Assembly (NCBI GenBank): GCA_016839705.1
Contig: JAEOTR010000041.1
Location: forward strand, 50,251-114,250
DNA length: 64,000 nt
From: Promethearchaeota archaeon
GTDB lineage: Archaea > Asgardarchaeota > Lokiarchaeia > Sigyniarchaeales > SOKP01
Direction: 5' to 3'
Below, in pieces: positions 9,474 through 19,881 of the stretch; the stretch's first letter is position 1, and each line of letters begins with the position of its first letter. The notes beneath the pieces are model-generated. The model made no database searches. It saw nothing but the letters and a program-made list of their open reading frames with translations, and had not been told where the DNA came from. The position numbers and the translations under genes were made by a program.

Positions 9474-11105
9474 ATGGCTTCTGAAAAAACTGAATTTCCT
9501 GAAAAAATTGAAAAAATCTCTAGGGAAATAATCAAATTCCTAATTCAGAATCCACAGACTTCTCGGAAAAGAATTACTAATATAAAAGGTAAAATAGGAA
9601 AAAAATTCAACTTTAAAAAAGTTATTAAGAATGCTACAATCTTAGATTATGCTACTCCAGATGAGAAAGAAATTATTCTTCCAATCCTGAAAAGGAGATC
9701 TACTAGAACCTTATCAGGTGTCTCTGTTATAGCTATAATGACGAAACCACTTCCATGTCCAGGAACATGCATTTACTGTCCCGGACAGAATTCACAACCC
9801 GGTGAAAAGGTAGCCCAATCTTACACTGGTCGAGAACCCGCAGCCATGAGATCTATCCATAATAATTATGACCCTTATCAACAAGTACAGAGCAGAATCA
9901 GAGATTTGGAGGTCATCGGTCATACTGTAGACAAAATTGAGCTTATTTGTATGGGAGGTACCTTTTTATCTACAGATCTCAATTATCAACAAGAATTCAT
10001 TAAGGGTGCTCTTGAAGGGATTATTGAACAGAGAGTTAAGAGCTTAGAGGAAGCTAAAAAGCTTGCTGAAACTTCTAAAAGAAGAGTTATAGGAATTACT
10101 GTTGAAACTAGACCAGATTATTGTAAAGAGGAACATGTAGACAGAATGCTTAAATATGGAACAACTCGAGTTGAACTTGGCATACAAACAGTCTATGATG
10201 ATGTTTATGATTTGGTTAAAAGAGGTCATACCTCTATTGATAGCATTGAAGCAATTAGAATTGCTAAAGATGCGGGTTTAAAAATAAATGCTCATATAAT
10301 GCCCAATCTGCCTGGTTCTGATTATTCTAAAGATTTAGAATTATTTGATACATTATTTTCTAACTCCAATTATCGGCCAGATATGCTAAAGATTTATCCA
10401 ACTTTAGTAATACATGGGACAGAATTGTATAATTGGTGGAAAGAAGGCAAATATTCTCCTTACTTAGATGAAGAATTAATAGATTTAATCGCAAAGGTTA
10501 AAACTAATCTTCCACCTTATGTTAGGATTCAAAGAATTATGAGAGATATTCCCGCAACTTTAATTGAAGCTGGTTGCAAAAACAGCAATTTAAGGCAAAT
10601 AGTGCAAGAAAGATTAAGAGAAATAGAAGATACATGTAAATGTATAAGATGTAGGGAGTATGGGATCAGGAAGAAAAAGGAAATTATCGATGAGCGCTCT
10701 CTCGACGAAATTAAATTATATCGACTAGATTATGAAGCATCCGAAGGACAAGAAATTTTCTTGTCTTACGAGAATCAGAAAGAAGGATATTTGGTAGGTT
10801 ATTTACGCTTACGACAACCCTCTGAATCTGCTCATAGACCTGAATTAAATGATGGAAGGACCTTGATCGTAAGGGAAATTAAAGTTGTTGGCGAATTAGT
10901 ACCAAGGGATATGAAGCCAAATCGATTTTCTCAAATCCAGCATCGAGGATTTGGAAAGATGTTAATGCAAAATGCTGAGAAAATCTCATTCGAAGAATTC
11001 AATGCAAAAAAATTAGCCGTGATTAGCGGTATAGGTGCTAGAGATTGGTTCTATGAAATGGGATATAATTTAGATGGGGTATATGTTTCTAAATCTTTTG
11101 AATAA
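9474..11105 (+). CDS. elp3: tRNA uridine(34) acetyltransferase Elp3 (radical SAM plus KAT)
   Basis: CPGTCIYCPG, QSYTGREP, ETRPD, LKIYPT, QHRGFG. Confidence 0.95.
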   Translation: MASEKTEFPEKIEKISREIIKFLIQNPQTSRKRITNIKGKIGKKFNFKKVIKNATILDYATPDEKEIILPILKRRSTRTLSGVSVIAIMTKPLPCPGTCIYCPGQNSQPGEKVAQSYTGREPAAMRSIHNNYDPYQQVQSRIRDLEVIGHTVDKIELICMGGTFLSTDLNYQQEFIKGALEGIIEQRVKSLEEAKKLAETSKRRVIGITVETRPDYCKEEHVDRMLKYGTTRVELGIQTVYDDVYDLVKRGHTSIDSIEAIRIAKDAGLKINAHIMPNLPGSDYSKDLELFDTLFSNSNYRPDMLKIYPTLVIHGTELYNWWKEGKYSPYLDEELIDLIAKVKTNLPPYVRIQRIMRDIPATLIEAGCKNSNLRQIVQERLREIEDTCKCIRCREYGIRKKKEIIDERSLDEIKLYRLDYEASEGQEIFLSYENQKEGYLVGYLRLRQPSESAHRPELNDGRTLIVREIKVVGELVPRDMKPNRFSQIQHRGFGKMLMQNAEKISFEEFNAKKLAVISGIGARDWFYEMGYNLDGVYVSKSFE

Positions 11106-11252
11106 TTAAGATTTCTAAATTCCTAGAGTATTGAATAGTCTGAACTTGAAAAGTTATTAACTTACATTTAAAAAATTATGTTTTTTTATAAGTTAATATA
11201 CAAAAAGTTACATTATATTTTTGTGTCTAAAAAATAGGGTTATGGGTAAAAA

Positions 11253-12323
11253 ATGACATCAACAACAAAAAAAACTTCTCAACAAACAATTTCGATAAGT
11301 CCTAAACTTAAAGAACGAATTGAAAAATATGTCACGGCAAACCAACAGAAATTTCCAAAAGATAATAGGTTTAAAAGTATTTCTGCTTTTTATACCAGCG
11401 TGATGGAAAAGGTATTGGATAGTTTTGAAAAAGGTAAAACTCTTGATGATTTTGAAAGCTTTGTGGATAGTGATATTAAAGATTTTTTCGAGAAAATCTC
11501 CTTTAATGGGCTTATTCCGTATTACGAGGATGCAATTATAGCCAATAGATACCAAACTACTACTCTTGAAAGAAATCCTTTTTTCTACTTCACACTGAGA
11601 AGGTTCTATACATCAAGAATGGACCCCTATGATATTAAGAGCATACAATCCGTGTTCGATAGAGTTAGAAATTATATTCTTTCAAATAATCTTACTAAAG
11701 AATTCAGGTTAGATATTTTCTCTGGAAAAGGTGAAAAAAATCTAACGGCGGTTTTTGAACAAGCAGGTTTACATCAAAATTTATGTTTTGAGAATTTCAA
11801 ATTTTCGGCAGCACTTTTCGGCTTATTAGGCGCAAAAATTACTAATTATCTATATTCCAGAAAAAATAATTATTGTAGATTTGATCTAAAAACTACAGAT
11901 TTATTTTATCGAAAAGAGCTTTTAAAAAGAGAAAGGATCAAGCTAATGGAAGATAACTTATCCCATTTTATAAATTATAATAGAATAGTAGAAGATAAAG
12001 ACTTTTTCCTATGGATGAAGATAGCGAGAGATAAGAATGCTTTCATATCGTTTACTAATGATGAAACTAAACAAGAATGGGTAAACTTAATAGAAAGCGA
12101 AATTGAACAATTTGGGGATGAAGATGATTATCATCTTAATATACTAAGGCTTTTTCAGAGACTTCATTGGATCGAAATTGAAAATGAGAAAGAATTGTTA
12201 TTCCGAATTATACTACCCACATCTACAGACCAAAGTAATATCGATTATTTATTAGAAACCCTTTCAAAAAAGGTAGAAATTATAATAAACAATGGTAAAT
12301 ATCAATTAAAAAAAAGGAAATGA
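11253..12323 (+). CDS. hypothetical protein with N-terminal ribbon-helix-helix-like region; paralog of 12663
   Basis: QQTISISPKLKERIEKYV...FKSISAFY; collinear similarity with the next gene. Confidence 0.75.
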   Translation: MTSTTKKTSQQTISISPKLKERIEKYVTANQQKFPKDNRFKSISAFYTSVMEKVLDSFEKGKTLDDFESFVDSDIKDFFEKISFNGLIPYYEDAIIANRYQTTTLERNPFFYFTLRRFYTSRMDPYDIKSIQSVFDRVRNYILSNNLTKEFRLDIFSGKGEKNLTAVFEQAGLHQNLCFENFKFSAALFGLLGAKITNYLYSRKNNYCRFDLKTTDLFYRKELLKRERIKLMEDNLSHFINYNRIVEDKDFFLWMKIARDKNAFISFTNDETKQEWVNLIESEIEQFGDEDDYHLNILRLFQRLHWIEIENEKELLFRIILPTSTDQSNIDYLLETLSKKVEIIINNGKYQLKKRK

Positions 12324-12662
12324 AAGGCTAAAAAGATTAGATCTCATCCCTCAATTATCCTGTTTTGTTAATACCTGGTTTTTGCCTTTATGTCCTTAAA
12401 GATTCCCGTCTTTCCCCTTGATTTTATTGTCTAAATATAATTCATGACTATGAATATTTAAAGTAATATATTAGTCATTAAAAACATGAAATTTTAAAAA
12501 TGTACACTAAAAAAAGATTTTTAAAGAAAATTAGAATAGAAACATAATATTGGATAATATGTATTTTGTAAAGTAAATAATATTAAAGAAAATTTATATT
12601 TAGCTTATGTGAATTAAAAACATGGTAGATTTTATCTACTAAATATTTAATAATTAAGTAAA

Positions 12663-13751
12663 ATGTTTATAATTATGTCATCAAAGAAGTTCCTGTCAAC
12701 AAAAAAAACAGCACAACAAACTATTTCTATTAGTCCTGCGCTTAAAGATTGGATAACAAGGTATGTCCGAGTAAATCACCAAAAAAATCAGAAAGATGAT
12801 CGATATAAAAGTGTTTCAGCTTTCTATAATTATGTCATGGAAAAAACCCTGAGTCTATATAAAAAGGGAAAGACTCTGGACGATATTGAAAGAATTGAGG
12901 ATAAAAAAATTAAAGATTTCTTTGATCGTTTTACATTTAAAGCTACAATTCCACTTTATGAAATGGTAATAGAGGATCACAAGTATTCGCCCTTTTCATT
13001 TGAATTTAATACCCGTTTTCTATTATTGTATTTAGATATGTTTAGGAGAGAAGTAAAATCACATAATTTTGAAGATGTCGACATTTTCTTCGAAAGGATA
13101 AGAAGTCGATATGCAAAGACTACAGTATCAAAAGAAATGAGATTAGACTTGTCTCTAGGTAATGATAGAGAACCTGCCAGGGGAATTTTAGAGTTTATCG
13201 GAAAATACAAGAATCTCCATTTTGAAAATTGTAAGTTTTTCGCTGCGGTTTTCGGTATCCTTGGAGTGCGAATTACTGATTTCATTTATTCACCAGATGA
13301 TTATTATTGTCGATTAGAACTCCTTGAAACTGATCTTTTGTTTAACAGAGAAGATCTTGCAAAGAAAGAGAGACTGAAACTAATAGAAGAGAATGTAGAG
13401 TACATAATTAATTACGATAGGTTGCTCGAAGAAAAGGATATGTACCTGTGGGTGAAATTAGCTGACGATAATGAAGTATTTCTATCTTTCAAAAATCAAA
13501 CCGCATTTAATAAATGGATTAAAACTATCGAGGTTCAATTGCAAAAATTTGGGAAGAAAGAAGAATTTTTAGAAAAAATATTATTATTCTTTAATAAACT
13601 TCATTGGATTGGAATTGAGAATAGGAAACACCTTTCTTTTCGAATTGAACAAGTAATAGAAGAAACTAAAGAACAGAAACAGTATCTAATTAATTATCTT
13701 TCAAAATTTTCAAAAATCTCAGAAATGGAGGGAATTTATTACTTGAAATAG
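12663..13751 (+). CDS. hypothetical protein with N-terminal ribbon-helix-helix-like region; paralog of 11253
   Basis: QQTISISPALKDWITRYV...YKSVSAFY; shared FENxKF, YCR and LHWI motifs. Confidence 0.75.
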   Translation: MFIIMSSKKFLSTKKTAQQTISISPALKDWITRYVRVNHQKNQKDDRYKSVSAFYNYVMEKTLSLYKKGKTLDDIERIEDKKIKDFFDRFTFKATIPLYEMVIEDHKYSPFSFEFNTRFLLLYLDMFRREVKSHNFEDVDIFFERIRSRYAKTTVSKEMRLDLSLGNDREPARGILEFIGKYKNLHFENCKFFAAVFGILGVRITDFIYSPDDYYCRLELLETDLLFNREDLAKKERLKLIEENVEYIINYDRLLEEKDMYLWVKLADDNEVFLSFKNQTAFNKWIKTIEVQLQKFGKKEEFLEKILLFFNKLHWIGIENRKHLSFRIEQVIEETKEQKQYLINYLSKFSKISEMEGIYYLK

Positions 13752-13880
13752 AATTTATTTATAGGTAACTTAAATTAGGATAAAATAGATCTGTATTTCC
13801 ACTTAACATTATACCCCAAACTTTTTTTAAAAATGATTATATCTAAAATTCTTGAGAAATTACTTTTTATGTGATTTATT

Positions 13881-15794
13881 ATGGAAGAGTTTGATTATGA
13901 AAAGCTGGGGCTCAAATGCGGATTAGAGATTCATCAGCAACTTGATACAGATACTAAATTGTTTTGTCGGTGTCCTTCAAAGCTTCAAGGTACAAGAGAA
14001 CCAGATTTTACTGTAAATCGGAAAATGCGCCCTGTACTCTCAGAACTTGGTGTTTATGATGAAGCAATGATTACAGAATACCAGAAAGGAATGGGAATTA
14101 CATATGAAGGTTACAATGATGTCGTTTGTACATACGAGCTAGATGATACGCCCCCGTTTTCCTGCAACGATGAGGCCAGAAGGGTTGCTCTACAAATTGC
14201 ACTGCTCCTTAATGCTAATATCATCGAAGAAATGCATGTAGTTAGAAAAAATTACCTAGACGGAAGTGTTCCTTGTGGTTTTCAACGCACTATGATTCTA
14301 GGCACAGATGGTTTTATCACCTTAGACAGCGGAAAAAAGATTCGAATCGATATATTAAGTTTAGAAGAAGAAGCAGCCAGAAGAATTAAAACAGAGAATA
14401 AAACAAACTTTTTCCGGTTAGACAGATTAGGAATACCTTTAGTTGAAGTTACCACTAAACCCGATATTAGCACACCTGATGAATGTCGAGAATGTGCAGA
14501 AAGAATAGGTTTGTTATTGTGGTCAACTAACGTAAAGAAAATACTTGGCTCTGTTAGACAAGATATTAATGTAAGTATTAAATCAGGAACGAGAATTGAA
14601 ATAAAAGGAGTGCAGAAACTTGGATGGATTCCTGTTTTAATTAATCATGAGATTTCTAGACAACTTAAACTCCTTGAATTAAAAGGGGAACTTGAAAAGA
14701 GAAAGCTGGATGAAAAAAATGCTAATCAGAAGCCAATTGATTTAACTCAAACTTTATCTAAAACTAAATCGAAGTTTTTAACCAAAGGTATTAAATCAGG
14801 AAAAAAATTATACGGTATTACCTTCAGTGGTTTTAAGGGTATCTTTGGAAAAGTATTAATGGAGGATTATAGGTTTGGTACGGAAGTGAGTAGTAAAGTA
14901 AAATTAATTTCTGGATTAAAAGGAATAATTCATTCTGATGAGGATCTAAACAATTACAATTTTTCTAATGAAGATATTAAGAAAATAGAAGAAAAACTGG
15001 ATGCAAAAGAAGAAGATTGCTTTGTTTTAGTTTTAGGCTCCATGATAGAAGTAAATAAAGCAATGGATGTCATTACGAAAAGAGTAAAATATGCCTTTAA
15101 GGGTGTTCCTCCTGAAACTAGAAAAGCTCTTGAAAATGGAAATACAGAATTTTTACGAGAACTACACGGGGGAGCAAGATTGTATCCTGACACCGATACG
15201 GAAGCGATTTTCAATCCTGAAGAAGATATTGCTGAAATAAAAAATAATCTTCCAGAATATCCATGGATTGTTATAAAGCAGTATTCTAAGAAATATAAAA
15301 CCGAAGAAAGATTAATAAAAGATCTTATTTTTACTGGAAGGTTAAAATTATTTGACGATTTGATAAAATTACATCCAGAGAATTCCTCATTGATCCTTAA
15401 CACATTATTAGAAACTACAACCGCTCTTAGAAGAGAAGGGAAGAACATCGATAACATAGCTGATAAAGATTTTATTGAGATATTTGATCTATTGAAAAAA
15501 AAGGAAATCAGTAAAGAAGCAATCGAAGATATTATGAACCTTAAGGCAGATTATACAGATCTTTCTATTAACCAAATAAGAAAGAAGCTAAATATTGAAA
15601 GTATCTCCGTTGATGACCTTAAAAATTTGATTATTGAAATTGTAAATAAGAATTCTACTTTAATAAAAGAAAAAGGAATTAGAGCAAAAGGACCATTAAT
15701 GGGAGAAATTATGAAAAAAGTGCGAGGTAAAATAGATGGTGCCATTGTTTCTAAGGAAATAGATAATGCTTTAAAAGAAATAATAGGGAAGTGA
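13881..15794 (+). CDS. gatE: Glu-tRNA(Gln) amidotransferase subunit E
   Basis: GLKCGLEIHQQL, DGSVPCGFQRT, LDRLGIPLVEV, RQDINVSI, GARLYPDTD. Confidence 0.96.
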   Translation: MEEFDYEKLGLKCGLEIHQQLDTDTKLFCRCPSKLQGTREPDFTVNRKMRPVLSELGVYDEAMITEYQKGMGITYEGYNDVVCTYELDDTPPFSCNDEARRVALQIALLLNANIIEEMHVVRKNYLDGSVPCGFQRTMILGTDGFITLDSGKKIRIDILSLEEEAARRIKTENKTNFFRLDRLGIPLVEVTTKPDISTPDECRECAERIGLLLWSTNVKKILGSVRQDINVSIKSGTRIEIKGVQKLGWIPVLINHEISRQLKLLELKGELEKRKLDEKNANQKPIDLTQTLSKTKSKFLTKGIKSGKKLYGITFSGFKGIFGKVLMEDYRFGTEVSSKVKLISGLKGIIHSDEDLNNYNFSNEDIKKIEEKLDAKEEDCFVLVLGSMIEVNKAMDVITKRVKYAFKGVPPETRKALENGNTEFLRELHGGARLYPDTDTEAIFNPEEDIAEIKNNLPEYPWIVIKQYSKKYKTEERLIKDLIFTGRLKLFDDLIKLHPENSSLILNTLLETTTALRREGKNIDNIADKDFIEIFDLLKKKEISKEAIEDIMNLKADYTDLSINQIRKKLNIESISVDDLKNLIIEIVNKNSTLIKEKGIRAKGPLMGEIMKKVRGKIDGAIVSKEIDNALKEIIGK

Positions 15795-15799
15795 AATGA

Positions 15800-17158
15800 A
15801 TGAGTGAAAATTTAAAGGGATATAAAGGAGAGGGGAAAGAACTTTTAGAAAAGTATAAAGTAAATATTTGGGATATAATTCAAATTAAAACCGCAAAAAC
15901 CAGTTATGAAGGGATAATTTTACCCAGAAGTGAATATTCTGTTGCGAATTATATAAACCTTAAGTTAGAAAATAATTATAATGTTGGAATTAAAGTTACC
16001 GAAATCAAGGAAATAAAAAAGATTGGAAAAAGAGAAGCTTCATATAAAATTCCTGAGAAAGAATTTCCAAAAAATAAGGCTCTTCCTAATGTAACTCTTT
16101 TAGGAACTGGTGGAACTGTTGCTTCACGATTAGATTATACCACTGGGGGAGTAATCCCATCCTTTACACCTGGAGAATTATTTAGTTCTGTTCCAGAGTT
16201 GGCTGAAATATGCAACCTTGATTGTGAAATGGTATTTGAAATCTTATCCGAAAATATGAAACATGAATACTGGCAGAAATTGGCCAAAAAAGTCGAGGAA
16301 GCAGCTAATTCCGGCATTGAGGGGATTATGATTGGTCATGGTACAGACACTATGTCTTTTACTAGCGCAGCTTTGTCCTTCATGCTCAAAGATTTATCAA
16401 TTCCCGTAGTGTTGGTAGGGAGTCAAAGAAGCTCTGACAGGCCTTCTTCCGATGCTGCTTTAAACTTAATTAACGCAGCTGTCGTAGCTAGCTCTGATAT
16501 CGCTGAAGTAGTGGTTTCAATGATGGGATCATCTTCTCATACCTATGCTTTAATTCATCGAGGAACATTAGTAAGAAAAATGCATTCTTCTGTTAGACAC
16601 ACATTCAGAACCATAGATAGCATTCCTTTAGGAATGGTTCGAAATAGAAAAACCAAAATGTTTACCCAAGATTATAGAAAAAGATCAAAATCAGAAACGA
16701 AGGCAATTACAGAATTCGAAAATAAAATCACTCTAATCTATTCATATCCTGAAATAGATAATGAATTGATCGATTTTTTCATTGATAAAGGGTATAAAGG
16801 GATAGTTCTAGCCGGAACGGGATTAGGACATGTACCTACAACTCTTTATGATTCAATAAAAAGAGCAATTCAGGAAGGAATAACCATTCTTATGACTACT
16901 CAAACTCTACATGGTTATGTGGGTATGAATGTGTATTCGACTGGAAGAGAACTACAAAACATGGGTGTTATACCCGGTAGAAACCTGTTACCGGAAGTTG
17001 GTTATGTTAAATTAGGTTGGGTATTAGGACAGACAAGCAATCCTGAAGAAATTAAAAAATTACTTCTACAAAATATCGCAGGTGAATTTGTAGCTAGAGA
17101 ACTACCTATTGCTTTTAATTATAATATTGATGAACTTCTCAAAAATAAAAAACTCTAA
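15800..17158 (+). CDS. gatD: Glu-tRNA(Gln) amidotransferase subunit D
   Basis: LGTGGTVASRLDY, HGTDTM, GSQRSSDRPSSD. Confidence 0.96.
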   Translation: MSENLKGYKGEGKELLEKYKVNIWDIIQIKTAKTSYEGIILPRSEYSVANYINLKLENNYNVGIKVTEIKEIKKIGKREASYKIPEKEFPKNKALPNVTLLGTGGTVASRLDYTTGGVIPSFTPGELFSSVPELAEICNLDCEMVFEILSENMKHEYWQKLAKKVEEAANSGIEGIMIGHGTDTMSFTSAALSFMLKDLSIPVVLVGSQRSSDRPSSDAALNLINAAVVASSDIAEVVVSMMGSSSHTYALIHRGTLVRKMHSSVRHTFRTIDSIPLGMVRNRKTKMFTQDYRKRSKSETKAITEFENKITLIYSYPEIDNELIDFFIDKGYKGIVLAGTGLGHVPTTLYDSIKRAIQEGITILMTTQTLHGYVGMNVYSTGRELQNMGVIPGRNLLPEVGYVKLGWVLGQTSNPEEIKKLLLQNIAGEFVARELPIAFNYNIDELLKNKKL

Positions 17159-17289
17159 AATCTCTTCTCTTAATAGATACAACAGTAAAACCTTTATTCA
17201 TATCCTTTACATCACTTCTTAGCGAAAATGATAAAAAATTTATAGTTAAAATAATTTAAAATTATATCCACAAAATATCGTGAAGTTTT

Positions 17290-18012
17290 ATGGGAAAACG
17301 AATACTTGCTCAGCGAAAAGGTCGAGGATCTTTACCATTTCGATCACCCTCACATCGCCATATAGGTGCTGTAAAATATCGTCCATTTTTAGAAGGACAA
17401 AATGAATTCACATTTAAAGTAATTGAATTACTGCACTCTCCTGGTAGAGGTGCGCCTGTGGCATTAATAAAATACAATGATGATAAAAAATCTCTATGGC
17501 TTCCTCCCGAAGGTATTTTTGAAGGTGAAGAATTCATCCAATCTAATTCCCAAACTGAGATTAAAGTAGGGAATATCTTACCCTTAAAAGATATACCACT
17601 TGGAACTTTAGTATTTAATGTTGAATCAGCTCCTCAAGATGGAGGAAAATTCGCGAGATCCTCTGGAGTTTCGGCAATTGTAAGAAATAGAACCGGAAAT
17701 AAAGTAGAACTTCTATTCCGTTCGAAAAGAACAAAATGGATCCATGAAAAATGCTTAGCAACTATCGGTGTGGTCGCTGGTGGAGGTCGTACAGATAAAC
17801 CTTTCCTTAAAGCGGGGAACAAGTATCATTACAATAAATCCAAAGCAAAGAAATGGCCCGTCGTTCGCGGTGTTGCTATGAATGCTGTATCTCATCCTTA
17901 TGGAGGCGGCGCAAAACAAAGTCCACATAAATCAACCACAACTTCAAGAAATAGACCTCCTGGACGTAAAGTAGGACAAATTGCGGCTAGGAGAACAGGA
18001 CATCAAAATTAA
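17290..18012 (+). CDS. rpl2: 50S ribosomal protein uL2
   Basis: MGKRILAQRKGRG, VRGVAMNAVSHPYGGG, PPGRKVGQIAARRTG. Confidence 0.97.
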   Translation: MGKRILAQRKGRGSLPFRSPSHRHIGAVKYRPFLEGQNEFTFKVIELLHSPGRGAPVALIKYNDDKKSLWLPPEGIFEGEEFIQSNSQTEIKVGNILPLKDIPLGTLVFNVESAPQDGGKFARSSGVSAIVRNRTGNKVELLFRSKRTKWIHEKCLATIGVVAGGGRTDKPFLKAGNKYHYNKSKAKKWPVVRGVAMNAVSHPYGGGAKQSPHKSTTTSRNRPPGRKVGQIAARRTGHQN

Positions 18013-18179
18013 AATCTCTATTCTAAATTTAATACAACAATCTATTGAAGCTTTAATTCATTTTAGTGCGAAAAATAGAGCATCTAAGATCTTATAAAGC
18101 TAAATCTAAAAGTTATTTAAAAATTAGAAAATATTACTTTTTAGCCCTAATCTTATTTAAAAAAAGAATAACAGAATAA

Positions 18180-19070
18180 TTAGTTTGCATTAAAATTGAA
18201 ACTAATATGTTGTAAAAACTCCTTATATCTTGAGCGAAGTGTTACTTCTGTCACCCCGATAACTCTTGAAATGTCCTTCTGGCTTATTTTTTGGTTTTTT
18301 AGCTTGGAAATCAAATAAATCGATCCTGCACACAAACCTTTTGGATCCTTGCCGCAAATTGATGTATTTGCTATGAAGTTCTTTAAAACTTTAATTGCCT
18401 CCTTCTCTATCTGAATATCAAGCCCTAAATCTGCACAATACCTTGGAATTAACGCAACCGGATCGATATGTGGTGATTTTAAGTTGAGCTCACGTACTAA
18501 AATTTTATAGCACTTCTTCACAATGTTATCATTAATCGATGCCTCGTCTAATATCTCCTGCAAGGTTATTGGAACTCTCTCCTGCTTGCATACATAATAC
18601 GCGCACGCTGCAATCATCCCATTAATAGACCTTCCCCGTAAAAGGTTTTTCTTAAATACCTCTTTATAAAGACGGACTGCTGCCTTCTTCACACGCTCAG
18701 GAAAATTTAAATTGCCACCAATTCTCTTTAACTCAGTTATGGCTATAAGCATATTTCTTTTTTCCCATGATAAATGCGTGTTCCATTTAGCTGCCCTCCT
18801 TAAATCAGGATTCTTGATCATCTTCCTATCAATGATAGTACTCAACCCAATATCCGGCATTAAAATAGAAATAGGACAGCCTGTCCGTTCTTTTTTATCC
18901 TTCTCCGACTTTGAATAGGCTCTTATACCACTATGAGAAATATCTACTTCTTTCTCACCTACAACTAAACCACACTGCTGACACACTGTCTCCCCTCTCT
19001 GGTGGATAGAGATTGTACCCCCGCCACATTCCGGACAAAAATTCGATTGTGGAATTACCTCAACGACCAT
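18180..19070 (-). CDS. tfb: transcription initiation factor IIB paralog
   Basis: Zn ribbon CPEC...CQQCG, two cyclin repeats (RGRS, GKDP, VTEVTLRSRYKE). Confidence 0.93.
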   Translation of the reverse strand: MVVEVIPQSNFCPECGGGTISIHQRGETVCQQCGLVVGEKEVDISHSGIRAYSKSEKDKKERTGCPISILMPDIGLSTIIDRKMIKNPDLRRAAKWNTHLSWEKRNMLIAITELKRIGGNLNFPERVKKAAVRLYKEVFKKNLLRGRSINGMIAACAYYVCKQERVPITLQEILDEASINDNIVKKCYKILVRELNLKSPHIDPVALIPRYCADLGLDIQIEKEAIKVLKNFIANTSICGKDPKGLCAGSIYLISKLKNQKISQKDISRVIGVTEVTLRSRYKEFLQHISFNFNAN

Positions 19071-19881
19071 GTCTTTTTACCTTTTCCCAAATCTTATGTT
19101 TAATTTGTATTTTTGTTAATTTTTTACACACACTTTCAATGAAAAATCCTTTTGTACTCATAAAGGTGTAAAAAGTTATTCTTTGTTATAACAATAGATC
19201 CCTAATTCATATATAAATCTTTTCGTTATAAAAATTCCTTTATATATGCAAATTTTTCAAAATTTTTGTTCAAATTTGTTATAATATTTATATGGGTTAT
19301 AATGTAAAAAAGTATGAAATATCTTTTATTGAAATGACATAATATCAGCATAATACATATTTTGGGTAAAAATCCATAATAAGAAAGAATTGAAGTACGA
19401 TTTGGGGGTACAAATGAGGTATAGCTAATTTTTTATTACAAAAATGTAAAAGAGAGAGTTATTTTTCGGATACAATTAACGACAAAAAACGACGTAAATC
19501 AAATATTCCGCAATTTTGACAAAAATATGGTTTGTGGTAAAAAAATATAAATACGAATTTTTTGTGAAAATTTGTAATCAATGGAAGTTAAACCAGTTTA
19601 GATCTTTATATAATCAATTTATTTTTTATATCATCCTTATAACAGCACAATTGATATTAGAAAATACATGAATCAAAGATATTATGAGAAAATCGATTTA
19701 AACATAATTTCGCATTGAAATCCACATTCTTATACATTACATCTAAAAAAAATTTAGTTAACTATTATTTTTATCCATAATGACATCTCGCAAATATTAT
19801 CTAATAAAAAAACATTAAATACAAGTTCTTTTATTAAGTTTTCAACAAAAACTAACACATTCATTTAGTGGTCAAAAAACT

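Noticed and set aside
19071-19881. Long AT-rich intergenic region as replication origin or ncRNA
   Set aside because: No ORB-like repeats, no adjacent orc1/cdc6 and no GC-rich structured segment seen.
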